DNA of 64,000 nucleotides from an uncultured Dehalococcoidia bacterium (GTDB lineage: Bacteria; Chloroflexota; Dehalococcoidia; Dehalococcoidales; Fen-1064): NCBI GenBank assembly GCA_903916765.1, contig CAIWXV010000128.1:18-64017 (forward strand), read 5' to 3'. The translations under genes were made by a program, and so were the position numbers. Position 1 is the stretch's first letter, and each line of letters starts with the position of its first letter. The notes under the pieces were generated by a model. That model was not told the DNA's origin and did no database searches. It saw nothing but the letters and a program-made list of their open reading frames with translations. Shown here one piece after another: positions 30,539 through 40,963 of this stretch.

Positions 30539-30725
30539 TGGTTATGGGAATTAACCTCGGCGATGTGGTGCGATTGAAAAAACAGCACCCTGCGGTGATG
30601 ACCGGTGGCAGGTTGTCAGGATTGGTGCCGATATCGGTATCGTTTGTCTGGGCTGTAAACGTCGCGTTCTATTGGAGCGGGCTGTCTTTGAGCGTCGAGT
30701 GAAAGAATTTATCTCCAGAGGGTAA
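30538..30725 (+). pseudogene. DUF951-family small protein, interrupted by a 1-nt frameshift
   Basis: Frame 1 reads [16 protein letters not shown]. The conserved continuation (P)[44 protein letters not shown] is in another frame. The join is at C-run 30588-30590. Confidence 0.7.
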
Positions 30726-30728
30726 ATT

Positions 30729-31148
30729 TCACTCCGTTGACTTATTAATGGTCAGTGATAGGCGATAATCACGGCTGGCTATTTCCTTCCCTGCCTCGGG
30801 ATAGGGTGACACCTCGAAGGCAATCGTATAATTCTGATAGGTATATTTGTTGGAATTATTGGTTAGTCCTGTCTGAGTCAGAAGTATATGACTTTTAACT
30901 CCATCTTTTGTAATTTCGACGTCACAGCTTACTTTACCTGCCTGAATGCACTGAACATTCTTCGGACAACGGCTGTCTTCAGTTACTGCGATGAACTTTA
31001 TTTCCATATACCCGCTGGCAATACGAGCGTTTTGACCCACGGAAAGAGTAAATTCAGAACCTAGAGATGCTTTGAGGGTGTTACTACAACCGGATAACAG
31101 GGTTATTCCTAATACCAGCCCCAGCAAAAAACAAAACCGCTTCGACAT
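30729..31148 (-). CDS. predicted lipoprotein, unknown function
   Basis: Signal peptide with the lipobox LLSGC, followed by a beta-rich body containing conserved cysteines. Confidence 0.65.
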   Translation of the reverse strand: MSKRFCFLLGLVLGITLLSGCSNTLKASLGSEFTLSVGQNARIASGYMEIKFIAVTEDSRCPKNVQCIQAGKVSCDVEITKDGVKSHILLTQTGLTNNSNKYTYQNYTIAFEVSPYPEAGKEIASRDYRLSLTINKSTE

Positions 31149-31253
31149 TTACCACCTACCATCTTAAGGTTTTTACATCTGTAATATTAGCACTGTATTT
31201 GCAGTTGCTACAAATAGTATAATAAGCTTTATTCAGGGATAAAAGGTGATTCT

Positions 31254-31622
31254 GTGGATAGAGAAAAATTCGAAGAACTGGTAAGCCGTGCGGTTAAAAG
31301 TCTGCCTGAAGAGTTTCTCAATCGACTGGAAAATATCGATATTATCGTGGAAGACTATGCAACAGTAAGGCAGACGAGAAAATCCCGACTGAAGGCTGAC
31401 CAGACACTTCTGGGTCTTTATGAAGGAGTGCCGTGTACCGCAAGAAGTAGTAGCTATAATATGGTATTGCCGGACAAGATTACCATTTTTCAAAAACCGA
31501 TAGAAGCTATATGCCGCACCGAAGACGAAATTATTACTGAAGTCGGACGGGTAGTGAAGCATGAAATTGCCCATTACTTCGGCATCAGCGATGCCCGATT
31601 GCGTGAAATCGGAAGATATTAA
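31254..31622 (+). CDS. small zincin-like metallopeptidase family protein (DUF1025-like)
   Basis: HEIAHYFG (HExxH) lies near the C-terminus of a 122-aa protein. GTG start. Confidence 0.7.
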   Translation: MDREKFEELVSRAVKSLPEEFLNRLENIDIIVEDYATVRQTRKSRLKADQTLLGLYEGVPCTARSSSYNMVLPDKITIFQKPIEAICRTEDEIITEVGRVVKHEIAHYFGISDARLREIGRY

Positions 31623-31689
31623 GTCTGGTTGTTGAGCTTATCTTGAGCACCTTACTGCTAGATGTTAAAATACATTCGGAAGGTAAATT

Positions 31690-34557
31690 ATGCCTCTTGA
31701 TGCTATCGTTATCAAAGGTGCCCGTGAGCACAATCTAAAAAATATCGATGTCACTATTCCGCGTGATAAACTGGTAGTCATTACCGGGGTGTCAGGTTCC
31801 GGGAAAAGTTCGCTGGCGTTCGATACTATCTATGCTGAAGGACAGCGGCGTTATATGGAGTCATTGTCTGCTTATGCACGCCAGTTTCTCGGCAGAATGG
31901 AAAAACCGGATGTGGACTATATCGAAGGACTCAGTCCGGCAATCTCTATCGACCAGAAGGGCGTCGCTAAAAATCCGCGCAGTACCATGGGCACTATTAC
32001 CGAAATCTATGATTATCTCAGATTACTCTTTGCACGTGTGGGGCATCCGCATTGTCCCAAATGCGGTCGGGAAATCACCAATCAAACCGTAGAGCAGATT
32101 GTCGATGCTATTAGAGAATTGCCTTCGGATAAACGTATCCTGATTCTGGCGCCCCTCGTCAGGGACCGTAAGGGCGAGTACCAGTCGGTATTCGATGACC
32201 TGCGGAAACAGGGTTATGTGCGTGTCAGAGTCGATGGCGTCACTCACGAACTTTCCGAGCAAATCCAGCTCGATAAAAACAAAAAACATTCTATCGAAGT
32301 GGTAATTGACCGTCTGGTTACCGGACAGAGCGATGGACAAAGCCGGATTGCCGATTCGGTTGAAACTGCATTGAAACTCGGCGCCGGTGTAGTGTTTGTT
32401 TCAGTCGTCTATGGAGAAGAACTTCTCTTCTCCGAGCATTTTGCTTGTGTTCATTGTGAAATCAGCCTGGGAGAAATTGCCCCTCGAACTTTTAGCTTCA
32501 ACAGTCCTCACGGTGCTTGTCCAGCCTGCACGGGTTTAGGATTTAAACTGGAAATCGACACCAATCTCGTTATTCCGAACAGGGATTTATCCATTGCTCA
32601 GGGTGGTATCAAACCCTATCAAACCCAATACTGGTATTTTTACAGGCTGGAAGACTCAGCACGTGAGAATGACTTTTCATTAAATACCCCGATTAAAGAC
32701 CTCAGCGAGAAACAACTCAGTATTATTCTGTATGGCGAGAATTATGAACGATACAAATACCGTACCCGCTTCGGCCAGATGAGAGAACATACGGAAGGCT
32801 GGGAAGGCGTTATACCGCGTATGGAGAGGCTTTATCGGGAAACTGAGTCAGAATACTCCCGAGCTGAAATGGAGCGCTACATGGTCATTAAGCCTTGTCT
32901 AGAATGCCATGGTAAGCGACTCAAGCCTGAAGCATTGTCTGTCACCATCGGCGGGAAAAACATTATGGATATTTGTGAACTACCGGTCGTTAAGACACTT
33001 GACTGGTTGCTTTCTCTTACCAGTGTCGATAAGCCTATTCTTACCGAGCGTGAACAGATGATTGCCCATCAAATTCTCAAAGAAATCTTATCCCGGCTTG
33101 GTTTCCTGCGTGATATCGGACTGGATTATCTTACTCTTGACCGCCCATCAGCTACGCTCAGTGGTGGCGAGGCACAGCGAATTCGGCTGGCGACCCAGAT
33201 CGGTAGTGGATTGATGGGTGTTCTCTATATTTGTGACGAGCCGACGGTCGGCTTGCATCTGGCTGACAGCCACCGATTGATTGAAACTCTGAAACGACTC
33301 CGCGATATCGGTAATACCATCCTCGTTGTCGAGCATGATGAATCGGTGATACGTACCGCCGACTATATTATCGATATGGGACCCGGCGCCGGTGAGCACG
33401 GCGGACAGATAATTGCTACGGGTACAATCCATGATATTATTAACTGCAAAAACTCAATCACGGGACAGTATATCAGTGGTGTTAAACAAATTTCGTTCTC
33501 GTCGAAGCGTCGGAATGGCAATGGTTTAGCGCTTGTTATCAAAGGCGCCCGGCAGAATAATCTGAAGAATATCGATGTTACGATACCGCTCGGCAAATTC
33601 GTCTGCATTTCCGGCGTTTCCGGTAGTGGCAAGAGTACTTTGATTGACGATATCCTGAACAAGAAACTTGCGCAGGTGATTTATGGTGCCAGAGAACCTG
33701 CCGGGGAGTGCGATGATATTCGGGGTATCGAAAATATCGACAAGGTTATCAATGTCGACCAGTCGCCTATCGGACGTACGCCCCGCAGTAACCCTGCCAC
33801 TTATACCGGTACTTTCAGTCCTATCCGCGAATTGTTTGCAACTGTACCCGAGGCAAGAATCCGGGGTTATGAACCGGGACGTTTCTCCTTCAATGTCAAA
33901 GGCGGACGTTGTGAAGCTTGTCGCGGTGACGGTTATATCGAAATCGAGATGCAATTTCTGCCTGATGTGACTGTTCCCTGCGAGGTTTGCAAGGGCAAAC
34001 GTTATAATCGCGAGGCGTTGGAAATTAAATTCAAAGATAAGAATATCGCCGAAGTGCTGGATATGACGGTGGATGAGGCACTGACGTTTTTCGAGCATTT
34101 CCCGAATATCAAAAAGAAACTAGCAACCCTGCATGATGTCGGCCTGGGTTATATACGGTTAGGACAACCTGCCCCGGCTTTATCCGGCGGTGAAGCTCAG
34201 AGGGTCAAACTGGCAACCGAATTGGCAAAGAGGTCGACCGGCAAAACGCTCTATATGCTGGATGAACCTACCACTGGTCTCTCTTTCGATGATGTTGCTG
34301 CATTGTTGGGGGTTTTACAGAGATTGGTGGATACCGGCAACTCGGTGGTGGTGATTGAACACCATCCGGATGTAATGAAGAATGCCGATTATATTATCGA
34401 CTTGGGCCCCGGAGCAGGGGAGAAAGGCGGTTATTTAGTAGCATCCGGTACTCCTGAAGATATAGCCCAATCACCGGATTCAATCACCGGCAAATACCTG
34501 AAGCAAATTCTGGCAGGGAACAGAGAGAATCTGCAATCAAAACATCCCGCAAAATAA
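31690..34557 (+). CDS. uvrA: excinuclease ABC subunit A
   Basis: 955 aa with two ABC modules ([22 protein letters not shown]) and zinc modules CxxC. Confidence 0.96.
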   Translation: MPLDAIVIKGAREHNLKNIDVTIPRDKLVVITGVSGSGKSSLAFDTIYAEGQRRYMESLSAYARQFLGRMEKPDVDYIEGLSPAISIDQKGVAKNPRSTMGTITEIYDYLRLLFARVGHPHCPKCGREITNQTVEQIVDAIRELPSDKRILILAPLVRDRKGEYQSVFDDLRKQGYVRVRVDGVTHELSEQIQLDKNKKHSIEVVIDRLVTGQSDGQSRIADSVETALKLGAGVVFVSVVYGEELLFSEHFACVHCEISLGEIAPRTFSFNSPHGACPACTGLGFKLEIDTNLVIPNRDLSIAQGGIKPYQTQYWYFYRLEDSARENDFSLNTPIKDLSEKQLSIILYGENYERYKYRTRFGQMREHTEGWEGVIPRMERLYRETESEYSRAEMERYMVIKPCLECHGKRLKPEALSVTIGGKNIMDICELPVVKTLDWLLSLTSVDKPILTEREQMIAHQILKEILSRLGFLRDIGLDYLTLDRPSATLSGGEAQRIRLATQIGSGLMGVLYICDEPTVGLHLADSHRLIETLKRLRDIGNTILVVEHDESVIRTADYIIDMGPGAGEHGGQIIATGTIHDIINCKNSITGQYISGVKQISFSSKRRNGNGLALVIKGARQNNLKNIDVTIPLGKFVCISGVSGSGKSTLIDDILNKKLAQVIYGAREPAGECDDIRGIENIDKVINVDQSPIGRTPRSNPATYTGTFSPIRELFATVPEARIRGYEPGRFSFNVKGGRCEACRGDGYIEIEMQFLPDVTVPCEVCKGKRYNREALEIKFKDKNIAEVLDMTVDEALTFFEHFPNIKKKLATLHDVGLGYIRLGQPAPALSGGEAQRVKLATELAKRSTGKTLYMLDEPTTGLSFDDVAALLGVLQRLVDTGNSVVVIEHHPDVMKNADYIIDLGPGAGEKGGYLVASGTPEDIAQSPDSITGKYLKQILAGNRENLQSKHPAK

Positions 34558-34578
34558 TAATCTCCTGTCGGGAGGATA

Positions 34579-35133
34579 GTGATGAACAGAGAAGGTGCCT
34601 TAAAAGCTGTCAGAGCAAATGTCAAAAATGAAAACCTCATCAAACACATGATTGCCACAGAAGCTATTATGAGGGCACTTGCCAAATGTTTTAATGAAAA
34701 TGAGGATGAATGGGGACTTGCCGGTTTGCTCCACGATATCGATTTTGAAGTCATCGAAGGTGACATGAATTTGCACAGTAAACGCGGTGCCGAAATGGCA
34801 AAACAGTTTGGCGCCAGTGATACTATTGCGCACGCTATTCTCTGTCACAATGAAGCTCATAGCACGCCGTTTGAAACAATGATGGATAAAGCCCTGTTTT
34901 GTGCCGACCCTCTGACCGGTTTAATCACTGCCGGTGCATTGGTCCGCCCCGATAAAAAAATGGAAGGATTAGAAGCCAAATCAATCAAGAAACGGTTCAA
35001 GGAAAAGAGCTTCGCCGCCGGTGCTAATCGCGAACAGATTGCAAAGTGTAGTGCGATTGGTTTGGAATTGGATGCTTTTATTGAACTGGGTTTGGAGTCG
35101 ATGAAGAGTGTAGCAGGGGAACTGGGACTTTGA
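34579..35133 (+). CDS. HD-domain phosphohydrolase family protein
   Basis: H...LLHDID motif in a 184-aa protein. The start could be 34579 or 34582. Confidence 0.7.
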   Translation: MMNREGALKAVRANVKNENLIKHMIATEAIMRALAKCFNENEDEWGLAGLLHDIDFEVIEGDMNLHSKRGAEMAKQFGASDTIAHAILCHNEAHSTPFETMMDKALFCADPLTGLITAGALVRPDKKMEGLEAKSIKKRFKEKSFAAGANREQIAKCSAIGLELDAFIELGLESMKSVAGELGL

Positions 35134-35157
35134 TAAGAATACCCTCCCCTTACAACC

Positions 35158-35186
35158 TTGACAAAAGTCGAACTTTGGCATAATAT
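35158..35186 (+). promoter_or_regulatory. candidate strong sigma-70-type promoter upstream of SOD-like gene
   Basis: TTGACA (35158-35163), 17-nt spacer, TAATAT (35181-35186). It would give a ~90-nt leader. Confidence 0.5.
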
Positions 35187-35275
35187 TCGTTACTACTCAA
35201 TCCCAAACAAAAGTTACATATTCCCATCCTCCACTTAGGTTAAAGTGAAACTAATTTCTTAAGGAGGCAACCCAA

Positions 35276-35854
35276 ATGTCTTACCAGGTAAAAGATTATA
35301 GCTCACTCATCGGGATGGCAGGTTTCAGCGAAACCTTATTGAAGAATCACTTTACTCTTTACCAGGGCTATGCTACAAATACCAACAAAGTCATCGATAT
35401 TCTTGCAGCCATGCTTAAAGAAGGCAAAACTGTCACTCCGGAATACGCCGAATTGAAGCGGCGGACGGGTTTTGAATTCAATGGAATGCGTCTCCACGAG
35501 TATTATTTCGAGAATCTGGGTGGTAAATTACCTCTGGACAAAGCTGGTAAGTTTGCCAAAAGAGTTACTGAGGGTTTCGGCAGTTACGAAGCCTGGGAGC
35601 AGGATTTTAAAGCCACTGGGTCAATGCGTGGTATCGGCTGGGTAGTACTCTATCAGGACGTTACGGCCGGTGGGCTCTTTAACCAGTGGATAAATGAACA
35701 TGAGACCGGTCACTTCGCCGGTTGTACGCCTGTTTTAGTAATGGATGTCTTCGAGCATGCTTTTATGATTGATTACGGACTGAAGCGCGCCGATTATATC
35801 GCTGCTTTCTTCAAAAATGTTAATTGGGAAGCAGTAGAGAAGAGAATTAGATAA
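35276..35854 (+). CDS. Fe/Mn superoxide dismutase family protein
   Basis: The C-terminal DVFEHAF..DY metal-ligand motif and the LHEYYF region. The N-terminal His pair appears only partly conserved. AAGGAGG RBS. Confidence 0.75.
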   Translation: MSYQVKDYSSLIGMAGFSETLLKNHFTLYQGYATNTNKVIDILAAMLKEGKTVTPEYAELKRRTGFEFNGMRLHEYYFENLGGKLPLDKAGKFAKRVTEGFGSYEAWEQDFKATGSMRGIGWVVLYQDVTAGGLFNQWINEHETGHFAGCTPVLVMDVFEHAFMIDYGLKRADYIAAFFKNVNWEAVEKRIR

Positions 35855-35877
35855 ATACAACTACATTCCGAAGGGGG

Positions 35878-36237
35878 TTGAATGTGGCTGATTTTGTTGT
35901 AATAGGCAAGAGGGGAGAACTAGCTGACGATTCTATGAAGGAAATATCCATAGAAGGGAAGAATATCCTGCTGGCGTTCATCGGCGGCAAATACTATGTC
36001 ACAGCCAGTCGTTGTCCGCATATGGGCGGTAATCTCTCGGATTGCAAACTTGAAGGCACGGTAGTTACCTGTCCCATGCATGGGTCTCAGTTCGATTTGA
36101 AAGACGGTAGTGTCGTTCGCTGGTTAAAAGGCTCAGGGATAATGTCTGCACTCGGGAAAGCGACGAAGTCACCAAAATCGCTGGTTACCTATGAGGTTAA
36201 AATCGAAGGCGATAATATACTGGCAAAAATATTCTGA
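35878..36237 (+). CDS. small Rieske [2Fe-2S] domain protein
   Basis: CPHMGG ... CPMHGSQF. The true start is probably GTG 35884, 6 nt after AAGGGGG. Confidence 0.8.
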   Translation: MNVADFVVIGKRGELADDSMKEISIEGKNILLAFIGGKYYVTASRCPHMGGNLSDCKLEGTVVTCPMHGSQFDLKDGSVVRWLKGSGIMSALGKATKSPKSLVTYEVKIEGDNILAKIF

Positions 36238-36659
36238 TGACTGAGATAAGTGATTCTGTCATAGTTGCTATTAAGATATTGAAGAGCTTCCGTAATGTAG
36301 CTATGGTCGGAGCATCCGGTAATCCTGAGCGGCCCAGTTATCGGGTTTTTTCTTATCTCACTGACCACGGCTATAATGTCATTCCGGTAAATCCAACTGT
36401 AGATGAAGTACTTGGCAAGAAATGCTATCCGAATCTGAGTACAATTCCTGAAAAGGTAGAGATTGTAAACATTTTCCGTCGCTCCGAGGATGTTCTGCCG
36501 ATTGTCGAGGAATCTATAAAAATCGGCGCAAAAGCAATTTGGATACAGGAAGGCATTATCAATGAAGAAGCGGCGAAACTGGCAAAAGATGCCGGCTTAC
36601 TGGTGATAATGGACAAATGCATGAAAAAAGAACATGCAAAGCTAGTACAAGAAGAATAA
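36237..36659 (+). CDS. CoA-binding domain protein (YccU-like)
   Basis: 140 aa with VAMVGASGNPERPSY and VIPVNP. Its start abuts the Rieske gene stop. Confidence 0.75.
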   Translation: MTEISDSVIVAIKILKSFRNVAMVGASGNPERPSYRVFSYLTDHGYNVIPVNPTVDEVLGKKCYPNLSTIPEKVEIVNIFRRSEDVLPIVEESIKIGAKAIWIQEGIINEEAAKLAKDAGLLVIMDKCMKKEHAKLVQEE

Positions 36660-36676
36660 AAACGCCAGCTCTTAAG

Positions 36677-37960
36677 CTATAGTATCGGCGATTTCTCGAT
36701 TGTTTGCTCCCGCGCGGGTCCTACACAAATCAAATTAGCAGGACAACCTACCAGTTCTTCCAGTCGATTAATATACTTTTTTGCCTTTGGGGGCAAATCT
36801 TTGAATTTCCTAATGTTGCAGGTTGAAGTTTGCCATCCAGGTAATTCTTCATAGATGGGTTCACATTTTTCCAGCGTTGCGATGCTGGCAGGGAAATCAT
36901 AAATTGTTTTGCCATCTACTTTGTAGCCGGTACATACCTTGACGACTGGTAATGTATCCAGAATATCAAATCGAGTTAGTGCCATTCCAGTGAAACCATT
37001 AACACGATGACTGAACTTTGCCGCCACAACATCGAACCAACCGCAGCGTCTCGGTCTACCGGTCGTGGTACCGTATTCATGTGCTCGTTCTCTGATAAGG
37101 TCTCCGGTTGCATCTTTGAGTTCGGTTGGCATTGGGCCGGCACCAACACGGGTGCAGTAAACTTTGAAGACTCCCAGGACTCTGGTAATCTTGTTAGGAC
37201 TGATACCTGAGCCGAGAGAGGCTCCACTGGAAATAGGTGAAGAAGAAGTCCCGTAGGGATAAGTACCGAAATCAGGGTCGAGTAAAGTTCCCTGAGCACC
37301 CTCCAGAAGCACTACTTTACCTGCCCTCAGTGCTTCATCCAGTATTGCGGTAGTTTCACAGATATCGGGAGCAAGGCGTTTGCCGTATTCCATGTATTCA
37401 TCATATATCTGCTCGGATGATACAGGACTGGCGCCATATATTCTGGTCAGAATTAAGTTTTTCTGCTCGATGATGAGACGTAGCCGTTCTTTGAATGCCG
37501 GCTTTTCTAATAAATCACCCATACGGATGCCGTTGCGAGCGACTTTGTCTGCAAACGCAGGTCCAATACCTTTATTGGTGGTACCGATTGCTTTCCCGCC
37601 GCGTGAGGCTTCTTCCATACCGTCCAGCAATATATGGTAGGGCATAATGATATGGGCACGGTCACTAATGCGCAATCCGGAGGTAGCAATACCCTTCTGT
37701 TTGAGCATATCCAGTTCTTGGCAGAGGGCTTTCGGATTCACAACTACACCGTTGCCAATGATACAAATTGCTTTCGGTGAGAAAATACCCGAAGGAACAA
37801 TGTGTAATTTGAATTCCCCATAGGAGTTTATAACCGTATGGCCGGCATTATCTCCTCCAGAAAAACGAGCTACTACATCTGCCTTTTCAGCTAGAAGGTC
37901 GACAACTTTCCCTTTTCCCTCATCTCCCCACTGAGCACCGATAACAGCTATAACAGGCAT
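36677..37960 (-). CDS. purA: adenylosuccinate synthase
   Basis: GAQWGDEGKGK P-loop and TTNKGIGPAF. ATG 37960 is preceded by GGGAGA and is preferred over the track start at 37972. Confidence 0.94.
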   Translation of the reverse strand: MPVIAVIGAQWGDEGKGKVVDLLAEKADVVARFSGGDNAGHTVINSYGEFKLHIVPSGIFSPKAICIIGNGVVVNPKALCQELDMLKQKGIATSGLRISDRAHIIMPYHILLDGMEEASRGGKAIGTTNKGIGPAFADKVARNGIRMGDLLEKPAFKERLRLIIEQKNLILTRIYGASPVSSEQIYDEYMEYGKRLAPDICETTAILDEALRAGKVVLLEGAQGTLLDPDFGTYPYGTSSSPISSGASLGSGISPNKITRVLGVFKVYCTRVGAGPMPTELKDATGDLIRERAHEYGTTTGRPRRCGWFDVVAAKFSHRVNGFTGMALTRFDILDTLPVVKVCTGYKVDGKTIYDFPASIATLEKCEPIYEELPGWQTSTCNIRKFKDLPPKAKKYINRLEELVGCPANLICVGPAREQTIEKSPIL

Positions 37961-37973
37961 AGTTTCTCCCAAA

Positions 37974-38573
37974 TTAACTGGATTTTGTTTTCTGCCAGAC
38001 GAGGTATATTCTCTGGATTATGGTGATAAAACTAAGAATTGCGATTATCGCTAGGGCGATTAACAAAGCAAAATTTAATTTACTGAGGAGTAGCCCAATA
38101 GATAGTATAACTACTCTTTCAGGTCTAGTAAAGACCCCCACTTCGCAATTGATATTTATTGCCTCGGCTCTTGCTCTGATATAACTCACCAATTGTGAAG
38201 TCATCAATGCGATACCTGAGACTGCTACTCCCCGAATAGATTGGTTATTGGCATATAGTACGGCAATACCGATGAATACCACTGCCTCAGAAGCACGGTC
38301 CAGCGTAGAATCCAGCACTCCTCCAAACCGTGTGACACGATTCGTAAGACGAGCTAATGCTCCATCCAGCATATCGAATAAGCCGGCAAACAATACCACG
38401 AAACCAGCCGCAAACGGGTGTCCGAGAGCAATCAGTACAGCCGCGACAATTGTTATCAAAAAACCGAGCCAGGTAATAGTATTCGGCGATACATGAGTCT
38501 TTTCCAGAAGGCGCACAATCGGGTCGGCAAAATACTTGCCTAATGATCTGCGAATGCCCTGTAAAGCTGTCAT
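37974..38573 (-). CDS. CDP-alcohol phosphatidyltransferase, phosphatidylinositol-phosphate synthase-like
   Basis: Signature D-x2-DG-x2-AR...G-x3-D-x3-D (FDMLDGALARL...GGVLDSTLD). ATG 38573 overlaps the upstream stop as ATGA. Confidence 0.75.
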   Translation of the reverse strand: MTALQGIRRSLGKYFADPIVRLLEKTHVSPNTITWLGFLITIVAAVLIALGHPFAAGFVVLFAGLFDMLDGALARLTNRVTRFGGVLDSTLDRASEAVVFIGIAVLYANNQSIRGVAVSGIALMTSQLVSYIRARAEAININCEVGVFTRPERVVILSIGLLLSKLNFALLIALAIIAILSFITIIQRIYLVWQKTKSS

Positions 38574-39724
38574 TTCCACCTCGAAGAACGTTTTTGACGT
38601 TCTCTTTCTATTATTTTTTCGTAGTAGTCCATGACGCGCTTTGAAACATCTTCCCATGAATATTTCTGTGCCGTGATGATACCATTCTGCCCCATCTGCA
38701 AACGTTCCTCCTTATTTTTAAGAAGAGTCAATAAAGCTCCTGCTAATGCCTGACTGTTCATAGGAGGCACTAATAAACCTTCCTTGCTGTTTGTGATAAC
38801 GTTTGCGAAGCCCTCAATATTTGTTGCCACAATCGGTCTGCCTGTTGCCATCGCTTCCAGTAAAATCAAACCGAAACTTTCCCGGCTGGTTGCCGGTGCA
38901 CAAAAGACGTCTGCCGTTCGATAGTACCGTGGCTGGTCTTCATGACTTACCATACCGGTAAAAATAACATCCTCCAATCGGTTTTGTGCTACCCATTTTT
39001 CGTAGCGTTTTTTCAGTCGCGTACCAGGTCCGCAGATGAGCAGTCGAGTATTTGGCATCTGTCGTTTGACCTCTAAGTATGCATTTAGAAGGTAATTGAC
39101 GCCTTTACGGAATTCGAGCCGCCCCATAAAGACGATGTTTAACTTACCGTCCTGATACTGTTCCAGAGGTTTGACGTCCGGACGGAAATGCTGAATATCG
39201 ATTCCATTAGGGATAATCTCATAGTCGGCAGGTACATATCGGCTGATATAGTCCATTGCCGGTTTCGAGACAGCGATGTGACCGTGCAGTTTGCGTGCCC
39301 GTCTGCTCAACATCCAACTGGTGATGGGTCTTCCCCAATTGTACCCCGGTTTTCCCTGTGCCGCGTGAAAAGTGCCGATATTGACAGTGTGTGAGAAACG
39401 GAGAATAGCACTGCATAACATCGGCATAAAAGGTTCGTGAAAATGGATGACATCGAAGTTCTCTCTTGCCAGTACTTCTTTAATGGTCGGTGCCAGATGC
39501 ATCGATATAGAAATGCGGATGACGGAATCACTGGCAGGGAAGGGGAAAGGTTTACCGATACGAATAAAACTATCGCCGAATTCCTTAATTGCTCCTGAAG
39601 CGGGAGCAATAACTTTTACTTCATGCCCCATGAGGGTAAAGTGATGATAGAGTGAGGTTATATGGCGAGCGACCCCACCTGGGTAGGAAAAGTCGTAAGG
39701 AGAAACTAGCGCAATCTTCATCAA
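38570..39724 (-). CDS. GT4-family glycosyltransferase, PimA-like
   Basis: The N-terminus KIALVSPYDFSYPGGVARHI resembles mycobacterial PimA. It also has a C-terminal E-x7-E region. Confidence 0.7.
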   Translation of the reverse strand: MMKIALVSPYDFSYPGGVARHITSLYHHFTLMGHEVKVIAPASGAIKEFGDSFIRIGKPFPFPASDSVIRISISMHLAPTIKEVLARENFDVIHFHEPFMPMLCSAILRFSHTVNIGTFHAAQGKPGYNWGRPITSWMLSRRARKLHGHIAVSKPAMDYISRYVPADYEIIPNGIDIQHFRPDVKPLEQYQDGKLNIVFMGRLEFRKGVNYLLNAYLEVKRQMPNTRLLICGPGTRLKKRYEKWVAQNRLEDVIFTGMVSHEDQPRYYRTADVFCAPATSRESFGLILLEAMATGRPIVATNIEGFANVITNSKEGLLVPPMNSQALAGALLTLLKNKEERLQMGQNGIITAQKYSWEDVSKRVMDYYEKIIERERQKRSSRWK

Positions 39725-39767
39725 TGACTATCCAGAAAATAGCTCAACTCCAGCCTTAAGAATGTAT

Positions 39768-40877
39768 TTACTTTTTATCTGTTTTTTTCTCTTTTGTTAG
39801 GCTATTCTCTGCAATAAACTTCTCTGTTTCGGCATGAGCTTTCGCATCTGTGTACTGAACGGGTGGTGATTTCATGAAGTACGATGAGGGTGCAAGCAGC
39901 GCACCGCTCATTCCTTTATTCATTGCCAGTTTGCAGCAGCGGATAGCATCGATAACGACACCTGCTGAGTTCGGGCTGTCCCAAACCTCCAGTTTTAATT
40001 CAAGTTTAAGCGGCACATCACCAAAAGTGCGTCCTTCCATGTCGATGTAGCAATATTTGCGGTCCAGAAGCCAAGGTACATGGTCACTGGGGCCGACATG
40101 AATATCATCAGGTGACATTTGATAATCAAGCTGGGAACTGACGGCATTTGTCTTGGAAATCTTCTTAGATTCGAGTCGTTCTCTTTCCAGCATGTTGAGA
40201 AAGTCGGTGTTGCCGCCGAAGTTCAATTGATAGGTTTTCTCTAGCTTGACGCCGCGCTCCCTGAAAAGATTGGTCAATACTCTATGGACAATGGTGGCGC
40301 CAACCTGAGATTTGATATCGTCACCGATAATAGGTAAACCATGTTCTGCAAACCGTTCTGCCCAATCCTTGTTTTTTGCACTGGCGATGAAGACCGGGAT
40401 GCAGTTAACCATACCGCAGCCAGCATTCAGAATCTGCTCTACATACCATCTAGTTGCACTTTCTGAACCGACAGGCAGATAATTCAATACCACATCGGTT
40501 TTAGTTTCCTTCAGGATTTTCACGATATTGGCAGTTGGACCGGGAGCCTTTTCAATTACCTGGGAGAGATATTTCCCTAATCCGTCAAGTGTCATACCGC
40601 GATTAACGATTACACCTGTCTTAGGTACATCCGTGAACTTAATTGTGTTGTTCGGTTTAGCGTATATAGCATCAGCGAGGTCTAATCCTACTTTATTCTT
40701 ATCAATATCAAAGGCGGCAACGAAATTTATATCTCTGATGTGATAACCGCCAAGATTGACGTGCATCAATCCCGGCACAAACTCATCTTCTTTAGCCTCC
40801 CGATAAAAATGGACACCCTGTACAAGTGACGAAGCACAATTACCGACACCGATTATAGCTACATTAATTTTTCCCAT
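39768..40877 (-). CDS. ino1: myo-inositol-1-phosphate synthase
   Basis: The NAD-binding N-terminus [18 protein letters not shown] and the family-typical length. ATG 40877 is preceded by AGGAGGA, and the track N-terminal extension is rejected. Confidence 0.8.
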   Translation of the reverse strand: MGKINVAIIGVGNCASSLVQGVHFYREAKEDEFVPGLMHVNLGGYHIRDINFVAAFDIDKNKVGLDLADAIYAKPNNTIKFTDVPKTGVIVNRGMTLDGLGKYLSQVIEKAPGPTANIVKILKETKTDVVLNYLPVGSESATRWYVEQILNAGCGMVNCIPVFIASAKNKDWAERFAEHGLPIIGDDIKSQVGATIVHRVLTNLFRERGVKLEKTYQLNFGGNTDFLNMLERERLESKKISKTNAVSSQLDYQMSPDDIHVGPSDHVPWLLDRKYCYIDMEGRTFGDVPLKLELKLEVWDSPNSAGVVIDAIRCCKLAMNKGMSGALLAPSSYFMKSPPVQYTDAKAHAETEKFIAENSLTKEKKTDKK

Positions 40878-40963
40878 CAGTTTAGTCCTCCTCATTAGTG
40901 CAACAGGTCGAGTCCCAAATAGCCCGACTATTATTCGTACCACATAGTGACGGTGGTGTCAAG

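Noticed and set aside
30583-30600. Programmed ribosomal frameshift at the DUF951 junction
   Set aside because: There is no X-XXY-YYZ slippery heptamer, no in-frame rare or stop codon as in prfB, and no obvious downstream stem-loop. A one-base loss in a C-run explains it.
38574-38657. N-terminal extension of the CDP-alcohol transferase ORF, and similarly 40878-40943 for ino1 and 37961-37972 for purA
   Set aside because: The internal ATGs have an ATGA stop-start overlap or clear Shine-Dalgarno sequences, and the extensions are basic, low-complexity shadows of the upstream gene or spacer.
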